Origin: Leucoraja erinacea
Lineage: Eukaryota
Direction: 5' to 3'
Assembly: GCF_028641065.1 (NCBI RefSeq)
Contig: NC_073387.1
Location: 12,524,001 to 12,588,000, forward strand
Length of the DNA stretch: 64,000 nt
Under the pieces are notes generated by a model. It did not search any database and was not told where the DNA came from. It saw only the letters and a program-made list of their open reading frames with translations. The position numbers were made by a program, and so were the translations under genes. This document shows positions 12,690 through 25,399 of the stretch, in pieces; positions within the stretch are counted from its first letter, which is position 1; each line of letters starts with the position of its first letter.

Positions 12690-13705
12690 TGTACTTCTAG
12701 TTATTGATTATATCTCTGCCTTGAACACCATTTCGCTAATCAAATTAATCTCCACACTTCAGGATTTACGATACAGCATCCAACTCTGCATTGGATCCTT
12801 GACTTCCTGACCCATTGACCTTAATCAGTGAGGACAGGTGACAATACATGCTCCAAGATGATTCTCAACACCAGCAGTATGACTCCTTGTATGCTCAGGA
12901 CTGTATGGAAAATCCTGATCCTACTCCATTTACAAATTTGCAGATGGCACCACCCAAGGTGAGCAGGATATCAAACAATGATGAGATGGCGTACAGGAAG
13001 AAGGTAAAGAGTTTGGCAACATGGTGTCAAGGCAACAACCTCTCACTTAACGTCAGCAAGACAAAGGAGCTGGTCATCGACTTCACAAAATGGGGTGGTG
13101 TCAGCATCAATAGTGCTGAAGTGGAGATAAGTCGAGTTTCAAGTTCCGGAGAATAAATATAACCAAGCATTCTATCAGAATACATCACAACTTGGTTTGG
13201 CAACTGCTCTGCCCAACACCGCAAACAATTGCAGTCGTGAACATAGCTGAGTCCATCACACAAACCAATTTCCCTCCCCACCCCATTGACTTAATCTATA
13301 CTTCACTGCCTTGGGAAAGCAGCCAACAAAATCAAGGGTCATTTGCAACTCGGGTTTCATTCCCCCTTCTCTCCTTTCCTGTTATGCAAAATAAAACTGG
13401 AAAACACGTACCAAAGGGTTTGAGAACAGCTTGTTCCCTGTTATCAAAATATTGAACAGGCCTTATGAGACAAGGGTATAATCCTGTGCTTCCAACCTAC
13501 CTCAATACAGCCCTTGCACTTTTTTTTTCAACTGCACTTTCTCAGTACCTGCAATACTGATGCTGTAATGTATTCTACATTCTGGTGTTTTTCTCTTTAC
13601 ATTTTCTGTTGTACTTGTGTGGGCCTTAATGGTATAATTCGACTTGACTGGATAGCATGCAAACAAAGTTTTTCCACTGTATCACATGTGACTATGATAA
13701 ATTAA
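12690..13705 (+). mobile_element. Decayed Rex1/Babar-clade LINE fragment
   Basis: ISNNDEMAYRKKVKSLATWCQGNNLSLNVSKTKELVIDF (ORF 12848..13156); Rex-type 3' end. Confidence 0.75.
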
Positions 13706-13899
13706 TGGACCCTCCGGCAACATGGACACTGTAGGTTTAGTAGATATGTAGAGGAAGGAACTGCAGATGCTGGTTTAAACCAAAGATAGACACAAAAAGC
13801 TGGAGTAACTCAGCGGATCAGACATCCCTGGAGAAAAGGAATAGGTGATGTTTCGGGTCGAGACCCTTTTTCATGATAAATCATGACCAATACCAACAG

Positions 13900-14495
13900 A
13901 GAAGCAGAGAAAGAGGGAAAGGGCAAAAGGGCGAGGTCAGAGGTGGGGGACACACCCCAAGGGAGAAGGGGGACAACAACAGTAGGCTGGAAAGATCGGG
14001 GGGGGGGGGGAGGAACCAAGTGTCGATTGGGCACAAAGAGAGCGGGGGGGAGCTGGGGTTCAGCAGGGAGGGGAGAGAGGTGGTGGGGGGGGGGGGGGGA
14101 AGGAGGGAGGAAGGTGGGGGGCAAGGGGGAGGGAGGAACCAAGCGAGGATTGGGCACGGGGGGGGGGGGGGCAAGGGGGAGGCAGAGGGTTAAGGGGGAA
14201 GGGGGCAAGGGAGAGGGGGGCAAGGGCAAGGAGGGGGGACAAGAGGGGGGGGGGGGAGGGGAGGGGGCAAGGGGAGGGGGGGGAAAGGGGAAGGGGGGAA
14301 AAGGGGAGGGGGGGGGGGCAAGGGGCAAGGGGGGGGGGGGCAAGGATTTGGGGGTGAGGGGAGGGGGGCAAGGGGAGGGGGGCAAGGGGGAGTGGGGAAA
14401 GGGGGAAGGGGGAGGGGGGGCAAGGGGGAGGGGGGCAAGGGGCAAGGGGAGGGGGCAAGGGGGAGGGATGAAGGGTGCAGCATGCAGGGCGGGGT
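13900..14495 (+). repeat. G/purine-rich low-complexity tract (GGGGCAAGGGG-like units)
   Basis: Almost only G and A on the + strand; repeated ggggcaagggg. Confidence 0.9.
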
Positions 14496-14591
14496 AAACA
14501 GGGAGGATGGCAACAACTGATACTATGGAAAAGTGAGTAGGAGTGAGACTTTGAGGGAGATCGTTTACGAATGATTGAAAGCGACATCTTG

Positions 14592-14607
14592 TGCACCTCC
14601 TGGTGGC
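14592..14607 (-). promoter_or_regulatory. Candidate CTCF site
   Basis: GCCACCAGGAGGTGCA resembles the CCASYAGRKGGCRS core (2 mismatches). Confidence 0.35.
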
Positions 14608-14994
14608 TTTTGACGGGGAGAATTGGCAGAGGCCTGCTGCATCTTTATGTATGCGTGTAAATTAAAGGAACATCTTTACTCCCCCCTCCTTTGCAATTCT
14701 GTGGCAAAATCCATTCCTTCATCTGTGCTTGCAGCACAAATTACAGACCGACAGCGGGCAATTTCAGGCCGGAGCAGAGTGGAGATGAAGAAGTGAGTGT
14801 ATCCTCCTACCCACACCATCCCCTCCCCAACACCACCCTGGGCTGCAGGTGGTAGGGGTAGCTGGCGGGGTCATCGGTCAGTGCGGATGATCAATGGGCC
14901 GGACAGCACGGCATTAGGGGACAAGGGGGATATAGTTGGCAACAAGTGGTCTCTGGCCACCCGCTCACCTCTGCTACTGCAACGGGCCTGGGGA

Positions 14995-15648
14995 TTGGGA
15001 GAGGAGGGGTGGTTGGGGGAGGAGTGGGGGGGTTTGGAGAGGAGGGGGGGGGTTGGGGAGAGGAGGAGGGGGGGGGTTGGAAAGGATGGGGTCTGGAGAA
15101 GAGGGGGGGGGTCTGGAGAAGAGGGGGGGGGGGTCTGGAGAAGAGGGGGGGGGGGGGTCTGGAGAAGAGGGGGGGGGGGGGGGTAGGGGAGTTAAAGAGA
15201 TGGGGGGTGGGGGAAGGATTGGGGAGGTGTGGTTGGGGAGACAAGGGGTTAAGAGAAATGAAGCAGGGGGAAATTAGGGAAGGATTGCCGAATGTTTTAG
15301 AGGGGAAATTGGGGGGGAGGGGGAGTGGGGAATCGGAGGAACGATTAGAGAATTGGGGAGGGGGGCGGATTCTGGGGAGACAGGGGGGTGGGGAGAGGAG
15401 AGGGAGAAACTGTAGGAGACACAAGCAGGGAGAAAAAGTAGGGAAGGATTGCCGAATGTTTTAGAGGGGGAATTGGGGAGAGGGAACAGAGGGAATTGGG
15501 GGCACGGTGGGCCGGTATTCTGGGGAGACAGGGGGTGGGTCCCGGAGGGACTGTAGAGACACCACACAACCTGTGTCTCACACACACACTAACAAGGGTA
15601 GGTGACCCAGGAAAGGCGGGGGGGGCCAGCAGTAGCCTGGTGTTTTCT

Positions 15649-15680
<32 letters not shown>
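14995..15680 (+). repeat. Second G-rich tract with tandem ggtctggagaagagggg units and a duplicated ~40-bp segment
   Basis: Tandem units ~15090-15180; tagggaaggattgccgaatgttttagagggg at ~15275 and ~15439. Confidence 0.85.
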
Positions 15681-15681
<1 letters not shown>

Positions 15682-15716
15682 ATCAGCCGCGGTTGTTGAG
15701 GGGCTCCCCGCCAGCT

Positions 15717-16035
15717 GCACGGTGGCGCAGCGGTAGAGTTGCTGCCTCACAGCACCAGAGACCCGGGTTCGATCCCGACTACGGGTGCTGTCTGTACAGA
15801 GTTTGTACCTTCTCCCCGGACCTGTGTGGGAGATCTCCAGTTTCTTCCCACACGCCACAGACTGGTTCTGGTTGTGGTTCTGGTTGATCGTGCAGGTTTG
15901 TAGGTTAATTGGCTTGGTGTAAATTGTCCCTAGTGTGTGTGTGTAGGATGGTGTTAATGTGCGGGCATCGCTGGTCAGTGCGGACTCGCTGGGCCGAAGG
16001 GCCTGTTTCCGCGCTGTATCTGTAAACTAAAGTAA
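15717..16035 (+). mobile_element. HE1-type SINE, CpG-rich copy
   Basis: gcacggtggcgcagcggtagag...ccgggttcgatcccgactacggg; tail ..ctgtaaactaaa. Confidence 0.85.
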
Positions 16036-16065
16036 ATGACTAAGCTGAGAAGCGGATGCACCCAC

Positions 16066-16330
16066 CGCCACCATCAGTGTCCTCTCTCTCTCTCTCTCTC
16101 TCCTCCTCGCCGTCGCCTCCAGCACAGCCACAGCCGCCGCCACCGTCTCCTTAGCAACGCGCTCCAAGCAACTGAGCACCGGGGACCACTCGGCCCCTTA
16201 TATAACCACCGGCCGCTACCACCCGCTGCCCGCCCGCAGGGGTGGCCGCCTCCCCGCCGCCCACTACAAACCCACCTCCCTCCATCCAACCTCGCATTCT
16301 CCCGTCACTTCGCCACTGCAATGGAATAAA
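16066..16330 (-). promoter_or_regulatory. CpG-island TATA promoter and probable first exon of a minus-strand gene (possibly FAM53C by synteny)
   Basis: TATATAAG at 16197-16204 on the minus strand, GC boxes upstream, GC-rich leader, donor GCG|gtgggt at 16066/16065; gene identity is inference only. Confidence 0.6.
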
Positions 16331-16859
16331 AACATTTAGAAAGTAAATGGAAACCAGGAGAATTATTTTATCTTCTGTAAATATGTGTGAGACATCAACC
16401 CCCCCCCCTTAGCTGCAGGTTTCGGAGACCCAAATGGCGGCGCGCTGGGAAAATGGGCGGGGACATGCGCCCTGGGAATAGAGGGGGAGTCAACTTTCAC
16501 TGAGCGAATCAGCATCAGCACAATCGTTCTTATTCCCTCCTGCAAAATAGACTAAGAAGAGAAATATGTTACATCAGTGTAGTTAGTTTTACAGCTTCAG
16601 GTGAATGAAATAAATGAAATTGGCGTGAAATTTGACATTGCAACGAGTTTGGATTACCCCCGATTATGTCAATGGTCGAGTCCGTGCGAGTCGAGCATCG
16701 CGGATCAAACCATTACAGCGCAGACTCGAGGGGTGGGATAATAAATAAATATATTGAGAACGATGATAAACTACATTGTACCCAGATATGAGTGCATGCT
16801 TCTGTATTGTGATCATGAACACATGAGGTAATGTCTACAAAGTACAATGCGAAAGTTTT

Positions 16860-17070
16860 CAGTGGCGGAAAGTGAAAGAGGGGCAAATGGTGCTCCCCTC
16901 GCTGGTTGCCCGTGGAGAGGGCCGGCGCGGGGTGTGCTGGGAATTGTAGTCCTGTATCCGCGCACCCAGAGCCGCCACTTCCGCCCCGCGGCAGCGCAGC
17001 CCCACTCCCCTTTATTGCACCCACTCACTTGCTCCATGGTTTGGTCACCTAGTTGCATGGCCAATGAGTC
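16860..17070 (-). promoter_or_regulatory. Second CpG-rich promoter module (ZNF143/THAP11 motif, ETS/GC box, CCAAT)
   Basis: GGACTACAATTCCCAGCA at 16935-16952 (minus), GGGGCGGAAGTG at ~16976-16987, CCAAT at ~17061. Confidence 0.6.
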
Positions 17071-19149
17071 GCTTTTGGTGGGGGCTCAATAAATGCTTTT
17101 TTTTTTAAATTGCAAATTTCCACTCTACAGCATGTTGAAGTTTTATTTAAACTTTGACCATGTTTTCTCGAGTTGAACATTAATTTCATGTGCACCCCCT
17201 TGAATGCAATGCACAATTCGCAACTTGCACTGACTGCACGGAAAATGAAACAACCCAATGTCTCAATGACTTTCCTAATGTTTGTAATTGAATTTGCATC
17301 TGGGTCATAAAGCAAGCTGATAGAATTGGATTCTTCCAATTTGTGAATTAATCATCGCACCGTGTTGCTTTGGCTCATTTTCACTTTTCATTTTCTTTAT
17401 AAATGAATATGTGATGATTGTAGCACGAGATTCTTTTGTCCCCTTTCAGAAGTTAACAGAAAGTCTTCGAAAGAATGGGAAAACAACAATACAAGTGTTC
17501 TCTTAAAAATAAATATCCTAGTTTCTCGTCATTGGCACAAAAGGAGTTTCAATCACAGATCAAAACAGCTGGTTGGTCACATGGTTCGATTCCATTGCCA
17601 TTTTAAACATCCAGTACCATTGTTCTATATTGGCTGAAATTTATATTAAAATGCATTTCCCACTGTTCAGTTTCAATAAAGGAAACTTCACAGGAATTTA
17701 GATAATTGATTAATGTTTGGATCACAATGTGTCTGCCCACATGTCAGCAAGAGTAAGGTTGCTTCGCTTGAAAAAACAAAACTCCGTTTTAATAACATGA
17801 GCAATGTGATATGGAATTTCTCAGCACTTGGTTTAAAGACAGGGTGGGGGAGGGAACTAGAAGAAAGGGAAGTAGCACTGCAGAGCTCCACATTGTAGCT
17901 CTTGCTTTCCTAAAGGGCACTGGATTCTAGTATAAATATACATTTTAAAATCATAACACTATCCATAGACAATGATTAAATTTTCAAATTTCTTTCAAGA
18001 AATCATTCCAACTCAGTAAGTTTTTATATTTTCAACAGTTCATACTGCTACTATTTTTTATCTGTCCATGAACCGTTTAATTGTTAGGCATCCTCTCCAA
18101 GTAAAGCTCCTCTTGTCACCAGCAATGGTCAGCGAGTAAATCGTGATTTGCTCATCCTTACACACATTCATTCAGTCACCAGCTTCATAATGTATACAAT
18201 GACCCAGTTACAAAAATAGGCACAAAGAAACTGAAAAAAAGTGTACACTCATAAGACCTGGGCATTGAACCTGAAGTTCCAAATGGATTTTATTTTAAAT
18301 AAGATGATGATTTAATTTTGAAATCCAAAGTTCATTTTCATGATAAATACAATGGCAACTCCTTAATGGAATAAAGTTTCCTGTATAGCGTGATAAGATT
18401 GCGAGCTCATTTACAAATTTCTGTTCATAGCCACTTCCATTTTCTTTTCTGGTACTCAAAGGCTGAACAATACCCATAATGATATTTATCGCTTGGATTA
18501 ATCAGGGATGTAATTTTTTTTTTTTTTACAGAAACTTCAAGTTCTTTAGACAGCTAATGTTTCAGTTGGTATGTGATTCACACAAAGTGAGCACAAATCA
18601 GATTAGTGATTTAGAACTTATTGACCTTTGTACCAATTTCAAAAGATGACGCCCAAGCCAGGCGACTGTGCTGGTCCCAGAAGCGGATCTGCAATCACTC
18701 ATTACAATCACTCCACTCTTTGAAATATCTACTCCAACAGCTGTACACTGCGAATGGCTTGATTATGATCATGTACCGTCTTTCTGCCAACTGGATGGCA
18801 TGCAACAAAAAGCTTTTCACAGTACCTTGATACACATGATAATAAACTAAACTATGGTTCAGAAGGTATTCATGCACCAACCAGCTAGTATCTCACACAA
18901 AGTATTACTCTCTACAGCTGAACATAGACCCCGAGGCAGTTGATTCCAAGTGTGCATAATGATGCAGTTAAGGATAATCTGGAGCCCACTAGACCCCTAC
19001 AGTGCACAGTACCAGGAAAAATGCATTTGCATAGCATAGTTCACAAACCTTCAACCATGTTCCAAAATGTTCTACACTGCCAATGTAATGCCAGATTCTA
19101 GTCCTAAAGAAGAAACAAGAACTATCTTTGCTTTATTAAAAAAATACAT

Positions 19150-19420
19150 TCTTCAGTCTTAAAAAGGGTCCCAACCCAATCACCCATCTAATCTGAAGAA
19201 GGGTCTCCCTCCGAAACATCACCTATTCCTTCTCTCCACAGATGCTGCCTCACCCACTAAGTTTCTCCAGCATTTTTGTCTACCTTCGATTTTCCCAGCA
19301 TCTGCAGTTCATTCTTAAACCTATCTAATCCATGTTCTCCAGGGATGCGGCCTAATCAGCTGAATTACTGCAGCACTTTGTGTCTTTTTTTTTGTAAACC
19401 AGCTTCTATAGTTCCTCGTT
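19150..19420 (+). repeat. Tandem Penelope-derived pseudo-LTR repeats with hammerhead-like cores
   Basis: ctgaagaagggtctccctccgaaacatcacc..tctccacagatgctgcc; several partial units. Confidence 0.7.
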
Positions 19421-19668
19421 TCACCATTGTGTATACTATTTCCACATTTGAACTAAAGGTAGGTTGTTTTGCTATTTCTAGAATGTTGGCATCCATGGAA
19501 AACCTTGATTTATTACAAATCCCCAATTGCCCCTCAGACTCCATTGAACTGTTCTCTTCAACAAATGTCACCTCTTCGGTGACCCTCGGATGATCCTTGA
19601 TCGGATTTCGCTGACCTTACCTTGCACTATTATTCCCTTATGTTATCATGCATCTATACACTGTAATG

Positions 19669-19808
19669 AAGGCGAGTCTTCTGAAGAAGGGTCTCGACCC
19701 AAAACGTCACTCATTCCTTCTCTCCAGAGACGTCACCTGGCCGGCTGTGTTATTCCAGCTTTGAGTCTATCTTGGGTTTAAACCAGCACCTGCAATTCCT
19801 TCTTACAT
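19669..19808 (+). mobile_element. Short Penelope-derived insertion with hammerhead-like motif, inside a Rex1 3' end
   Basis: CTGAAGAAGGGTCTCGACCCAAAACGTC; flanked by tatacactgtaatg (19655-19668) / tatacaccgtaatg (19809-19822). Confidence 0.75.
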
Positions 19809-21254
19809 TATACACCGTAATGGGTCGATTGTAGTCATGTATTATCTTTCTACTAACTGTATAGCTTGCAACACGAGTTTTCACTGTACCTCAGTACACG
19901 TGACAACAATAAACTAGACTAAAATGTGGAGCCACAAAGAAAGACTGGGAACTCTGTAGAAAGTGACTCACCTCATAACACCTCAAACCCTTTCCATTAT
20001 CTTGTAATGCCCTGTATTCCAAGGCATACAGCGCAAATGTGATGGAATATTCTTCACTTCCCTCTATGTGTGCAGATCCAACAACTTAAACTCCAACTAA
20101 TTGGCACCCTATCTATAAACGTTTATTCCCACCCCGGCAGTGGTCTGCAGGTATAATGTGCACCTCCTACTAAATTTACTCACCCAAGCTCTGCCCAAAA
20201 CTGTGACCTATACCATCAGGAGGAGAAGGACTTCAAGCATGAGAAGATACTCAAAGTTAGACAAAGTCCAGACATGGAAATATATCATTATTTATTCATT
20301 ATCATTGGAACCAAATCCTGGGTTTCCATGTCTAACAATAATGTAGGAATAACTTAATCAAAAGGCAGCTCATTACCAAAGGCAATTAGGGATGGAAAAT
20401 AAATGTTGATCTCACAACATTGTCAATCCTAAAAATAGGAACTGCTAGGTGGTGGCCCATTCTTCCTGCCCTGTTTGATGGACAAGGTCAAATGTTAGCA
20501 AGTGCTGTCAAAGTTGGTTTGGCTAATAATAAAAATAGACATTGCAGCCTCAGTGCCCCTCTGTCGAAAGGAGTGTCATTTTAAAATTGTGATTTAAAAA
20601 TGGCAACAATAAAGTATAATCATAAAGTGATACTAATTAATGCGTCTTGAGTGTTGTTGGACAAGCTCACATCCAGGAGCATGCAACTGCAGTCCTGACT
20701 TGCATCTTGTTGAAAGCTTAGGGATTCAAATGGTTGTGCATGGGATAACTAGCCTCTAACCACCCTTTAAATTCTCAGTTGACAATATCAGTGTATATGT
20801 CAAAGGTAGATCATTAAAATCTTTTGTTTAAAACGCTGTTGCTTGGAACAGGTATCAGAATAGAAGAAAATCCACAACAAAGAAACTACCCTTTCGCATA
20901 ATTTAACTCGGCATTACCCAGTTATTGACTTGCTAATGCTGCATGGAGGCACAAGTGAAATTGAGATTAAAAGCATATCAGATTATTTGATCATTGAGCA
21001 AAGTTGGGAGGCAGTGTGGGATGGGGGCAGGAGAGAACATTGGACTTGGAAGAAATTTTCCATCGCCTTAAAAAGTGCCAAGGGATTGTTTGCTCCTGCT
21101 CGAGAAAGGAAGACAGGGCTGCCCAACGGCACCATCAGTCTGGCAATCACAAAACTCACACTGGCAAATCAACCTTGCTTAGTGCTCTTGGGCAAATGGA
21201 TTTAGACTCATGTCTGCAATGTTAGAGCACAGGTTAGGAGGGTTTTAAAAAAAA

Positions 21255-22340
21255 AATTAAACCGATAGAACATGGAAACACACCCTTTGGACCACAGAGT
21301 CCATGCGGACCAATCACCCATTCACACTAGTTGTCTCACTCCTTAAATATTGCCGGGTATTTTTTTTAATTTCATTTTTTAATTAAATGTAAATACCTTC
21401 ACATTTTTGAAATGTGGGAGGAAACCCACATGGTCACAGGGAGAACATGCGAACTCCACACAAACAGCACCAGACATAAGTATTGAACCTGGGTCTCTGG
21501 CTCTGAGGCAGCAGCTCCACCCCGTGTGCCGCCCAGATTGGGAGGGTTACAAGCAACCCATTGTTGACAAAAATAAATACAATGTTGCACAGAGCACTAG
21601 TACAGAGAACATTCTACCACACATTTGCCCATCGTTCCAAAGGTAAATCAACGTGCCCAAACTTTTTCCCATTCTTCACATTATTCCTATTGCCCATGAA
21701 CACTGTATGCAATTGAATGTGTTGACACCCAACTCACAATTCCTTTTATTCTGATTATTCTGTTGAAAGGCTCTTGGATTAGCCTCAGATTGGATCATCT
21801 AATACATGAATGTTTTTCATCATGTTCAGGCCCCAGTAGCTCTCAGTGCAACTCATTCAGAGCTACACTTTGTGATCACGTCAAGATCCACTCCGTCTCA
21901 ACATCCGTCTCAGTCCAACCCATTTATCATCAAAATTATTCTGCTTTTATTCATCTCCAGACGTTTATTTCAAAGCTGCTTACTTATCCTTGTTAGTTCC
22001 TTGTACTATATTTCATACTGTCTTTAGAGAAACAATTTGGGAACAAACCATCCTCAGCCCACTGAGTCTTCGTTGACCATCGATCACCCCCTTCACACTA
22101 GTTCTACATTATCCCACTTTCCCATCCACTCTCTACATTCTAGGGGCAATTTATAGAGGTCAATTAACCGACAAACACACACATCATTAGGATGTGGGAT
22201 GAAACTGGAACACTTGGAGGAAATCCACAAGATCACAGGGGAATGTGCGAACTCCACACAGACAGCACCTGAGATTAGGATCGATCCCAGGTCTCTAGCA
22301 CTGAGATGGCAGCTCTACCAGCTGTACCACTGTGCTCCTC
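21255..22340 (-). mobile_element. Two decayed HE1-type SINEs (~21255-21530 and ~22030-22340)
   Basis: Reverse complement of SINE head/core (..gaactccacacagacagcacc..ggatcgatccc..). Confidence 0.7.
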
Positions 22341-24587
22341 TGCTATGCAATTAGCTTCTCTGCTTTTCCTGCTGAATTGGCTTGGTGCTTGTATTTGGGA
22401 CCGGGATTATGGATATGGGTTGTGAGGGTGAACATTACAACCCCAAGAACAATTAGAACACTATAAGCAATGGTAAATGCAACACAAGCGTAATGTTAAA
22501 GCAGGTGCATAAATGGCATTCCCCTTCTCTGAAGCAACATTAAATTACTGGTGAAAAAAGTTTGATTCACAGACGTTTCACAACTTAAAATGAATTGTAG
22601 GATCCTTCTGCCTCTGTCTCCATATTACTTTTGGATTTTTTCAACCATCTGCAAGCTCACTTGCACACCTGGTATTCCCCCAGTGAGGAGTAGTTTCTTG
22701 AAACTGTGAACCAGCCTTTAGAGACAGACTCCAACTCAGGACCCATATACTGGTAACACCAGACAAAGTGTTGGATAGCTAAGGAACTGCAGATGCTGCG
22801 ATCTTGAGGGAAATGCTGGAGGAACTCAGCAGGTCAGGCAGCATCCGTGGAGGGAATGGACAAGTGACATTTTGGGTTGGGACCCTTCTTTTGACTGATT
22901 GTAATAATGGAATGGATCACAAGTGTTAATTGTCCATTATTCAATGGCTGAGGCACCAGCAAGAATAAAATCTCAGATAACTGGCTTCACCATCTTATGC
23001 CGAGTTTCCGGAATAAAATATGGGAAAGAAAGAAATGAAGAGGGGTCTCCTGAAAGAATCGACAGCAAATGCAACCAATGGATTGAAGTGAAAGATAAAA
23101 ATGTCCATACAATTTTAAAACCAAGGCTTAAAAAGGATGAGATGTTGTTTGAAGAAATGCACTGGCCATAAAACAAACTTCTTGCTCATTTAGTGATAAA
23201 AGGGCTCAATTATGTGCTGGTTTACCAAATTAGATTATCCTTGGCTGACTGGCTAATCCTCCACTACATGAAGTGCCTTGCTCCTGACAGTATACTGGTT
23301 GGCATTGTTTTACAACATCTCCCCCTCATTCCTCCGACTCCACCACATAAATATCCAAACTCCATATCTTCATTCATTTCATGTCCAACACATTAGAATC
23401 AGACAATGCAGAAACAAGTCCTCTCAGCTCGCCTCTTCCACGGCAACTGTGATGCCCATCTACACGGCTACCATTTGCCCGAAGTAGGTCCATATCTCTA
23501 TGCCTTTCATATCTACGTACCTGTCCAAATGTCTTTTAAAAGTTGTATTCTCTTTTTTTACTTTTAATACATCTTCTGTTCTCTTTTTCTCTGGCTTGCT
23601 TCTTAACTCTTTTTCAAGTTTTTAGTTTCTAAACGTCTCTCTTGATCACTCTTTCACGCACTTACTATCCTATCCAACTCTTTACCTTTCTTCTTTTTAA
23701 AGTTTAAAATACGAAGTGGTACAGGAAATGTATTCTGTTATTTTTGGCTTATATCACTGTAATGTACACTACTTCTAATAAATTAAATTTTTTTAAAAAA
23801 AAAAGTTGCAATCAAATCTGGACTCAAACTCAGTCTCATTCTCCACATCTGGTCAGGCAGCATGTCTTATTCACCCAGCAGCTCACATTGACCTATTACA
23901 CTCCCAGTTAAATTCTCATATGTACAGATCTTTCTCTGGTCTTGCTACCTTCAATCTCCACCCTGTTCCAGCTTTCTAATTATTCTCCCTTGCTCTTATT
24001 ACAGCATCCAGTGCAACCAAGTTTCCTTCACTGATTTAACTACCTCAATCGCCTCTGCCCATGGTTTGTTCTTTCACAGTGAAAGGAACTGCACAATAAA
24101 AAAAGTCTGCTTTCGAAGCAGTTTATGAAATATATCCAAATCGGGATGGAGATGGAGTTATTCAATATTTTCCTCCCCTTCCAAGATGCCAAGGCAAGTG
24201 CAATGCCCCAAATGGGCTTTTATGGGGCGAAAGTAAAATCCAAATCAATAGTTAATGGGATTTTGACTTCATATAAACACACCATAGAACATGTTTATTT
24301 TCAATTGCCTTCTGCATGCAAAAGGAAACCTAAATTGAAAGTTGGTGCTACTTTAGGCACAATGTATCTATAAATGTCAAACAAAGATAAATGCAAATGG
24401 GTTGCTAAAATGTGGTAGTGGCTTTCAAGTTTTGACAGGAAGGCTTGCCAAAAGAAGTTTATATCAACTGTGTTGTTTCAAAGGGGAAGTATTCCAAATA
24501 TTTTGCAGATGGGGCAAAAAAAAAAAAAAAAAAAAAAAAAAAGCAGTAACATAGCAGCTGCTGTCTATGGCGAGACCAGGCACCCAA

Positions 24588-25360
24588 GTTCAAGTTCACA
24601 TTTATTGTCACATGCACCAACTAAGGTACAGTGATATTTAAGTTACCGTGCAGCCATACAATTAAAACACAATACACGATAGAACTTAACATAAACATCC
24701 ACCACAGTGATGGAAGGCAATAAAGTTCAGTCAATCTTCTTGTTCACCCGTGTTGACCCTCCGTGGTTGGTTCTACGGACGGCCTGATGTACAGGCCCTC
24801 TCGTCGGGATGATCGACGCTCCGACGTCAGGACGGATGGAACAAACTCCGCAGCTTGGAGTGCCCGAATCAGCCACTTTCTTACCGAAAACCGCGGCTTC
24901 TCTATGTTATAGGCCGCAGGCAAGCCAGCGGTCGGAGCTCTTTTCTGGTGATCCCCAGCAAGGGATCCCAGGCTCTGGGATGGCAAGTCCATGCCACGCC
25001 CGCGGCTAGAAGCTCTGCAGACCGCAACTTCACAATGTCAAAGTCAGCAGGCCGGCGGTCAAAGCCTTTCTTCTGGCTCCGCGATGGAAGTCCTCGCTGT
25101 GCCTGCTGCTGAAGCTCTGGGCCATCTCCGGGAAAGGCCGCTCCAATCCAAGTGGTTAGGCCACAAGGGAAGCGCAAATGCGACTGGGAGAAAAGTCTCA
25201 TCTCCATCGAGGTAAGTGACTGGAAACAGTTTTTCCCTATTCCCCCACCACATAAAAACATACCCAGAAACATTAACACATACATTTAAACATACTAAAA
25301 AAACAAACGTCGAAATGACTGACAACGGTGCTGGCGAGGCTGCCGCTCACGGCGCCACCC
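24588..25360 (-). mobile_element. Non-autonomous retroposon with Rex1-like 3' end
   Basis: On minus strand gccttccatcactgtg...stem-loop-TGACAATAAA-(tgaact)n; GC-rich non-coding body; related to 30791-31540. Confidence 0.6.
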
Positions 25361-25399
25361 GATGACGAAAACAACATAAATGCAAAATGTATTAATACA

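Noticed and set aside
15090-15180. Regular short repeats resembling a repeat-spacer array
   Set aside because: Spacers are only G runs; eukaryotic minisatellite, not CRISPR
13810-15700. Many long Pro-rich or Gly-rich ORFs on both strands
   Set aside because: Artefacts of G/C low-complexity tracts that lack stop codons; no domain or splice support
9043-16035. tRNA-like A/B boxes (TGGCGCAGCGG, GGTTCGATCC)
   Set aside because: These are SINE heads followed by SINE core and LINE-derived tails, not tRNA genes
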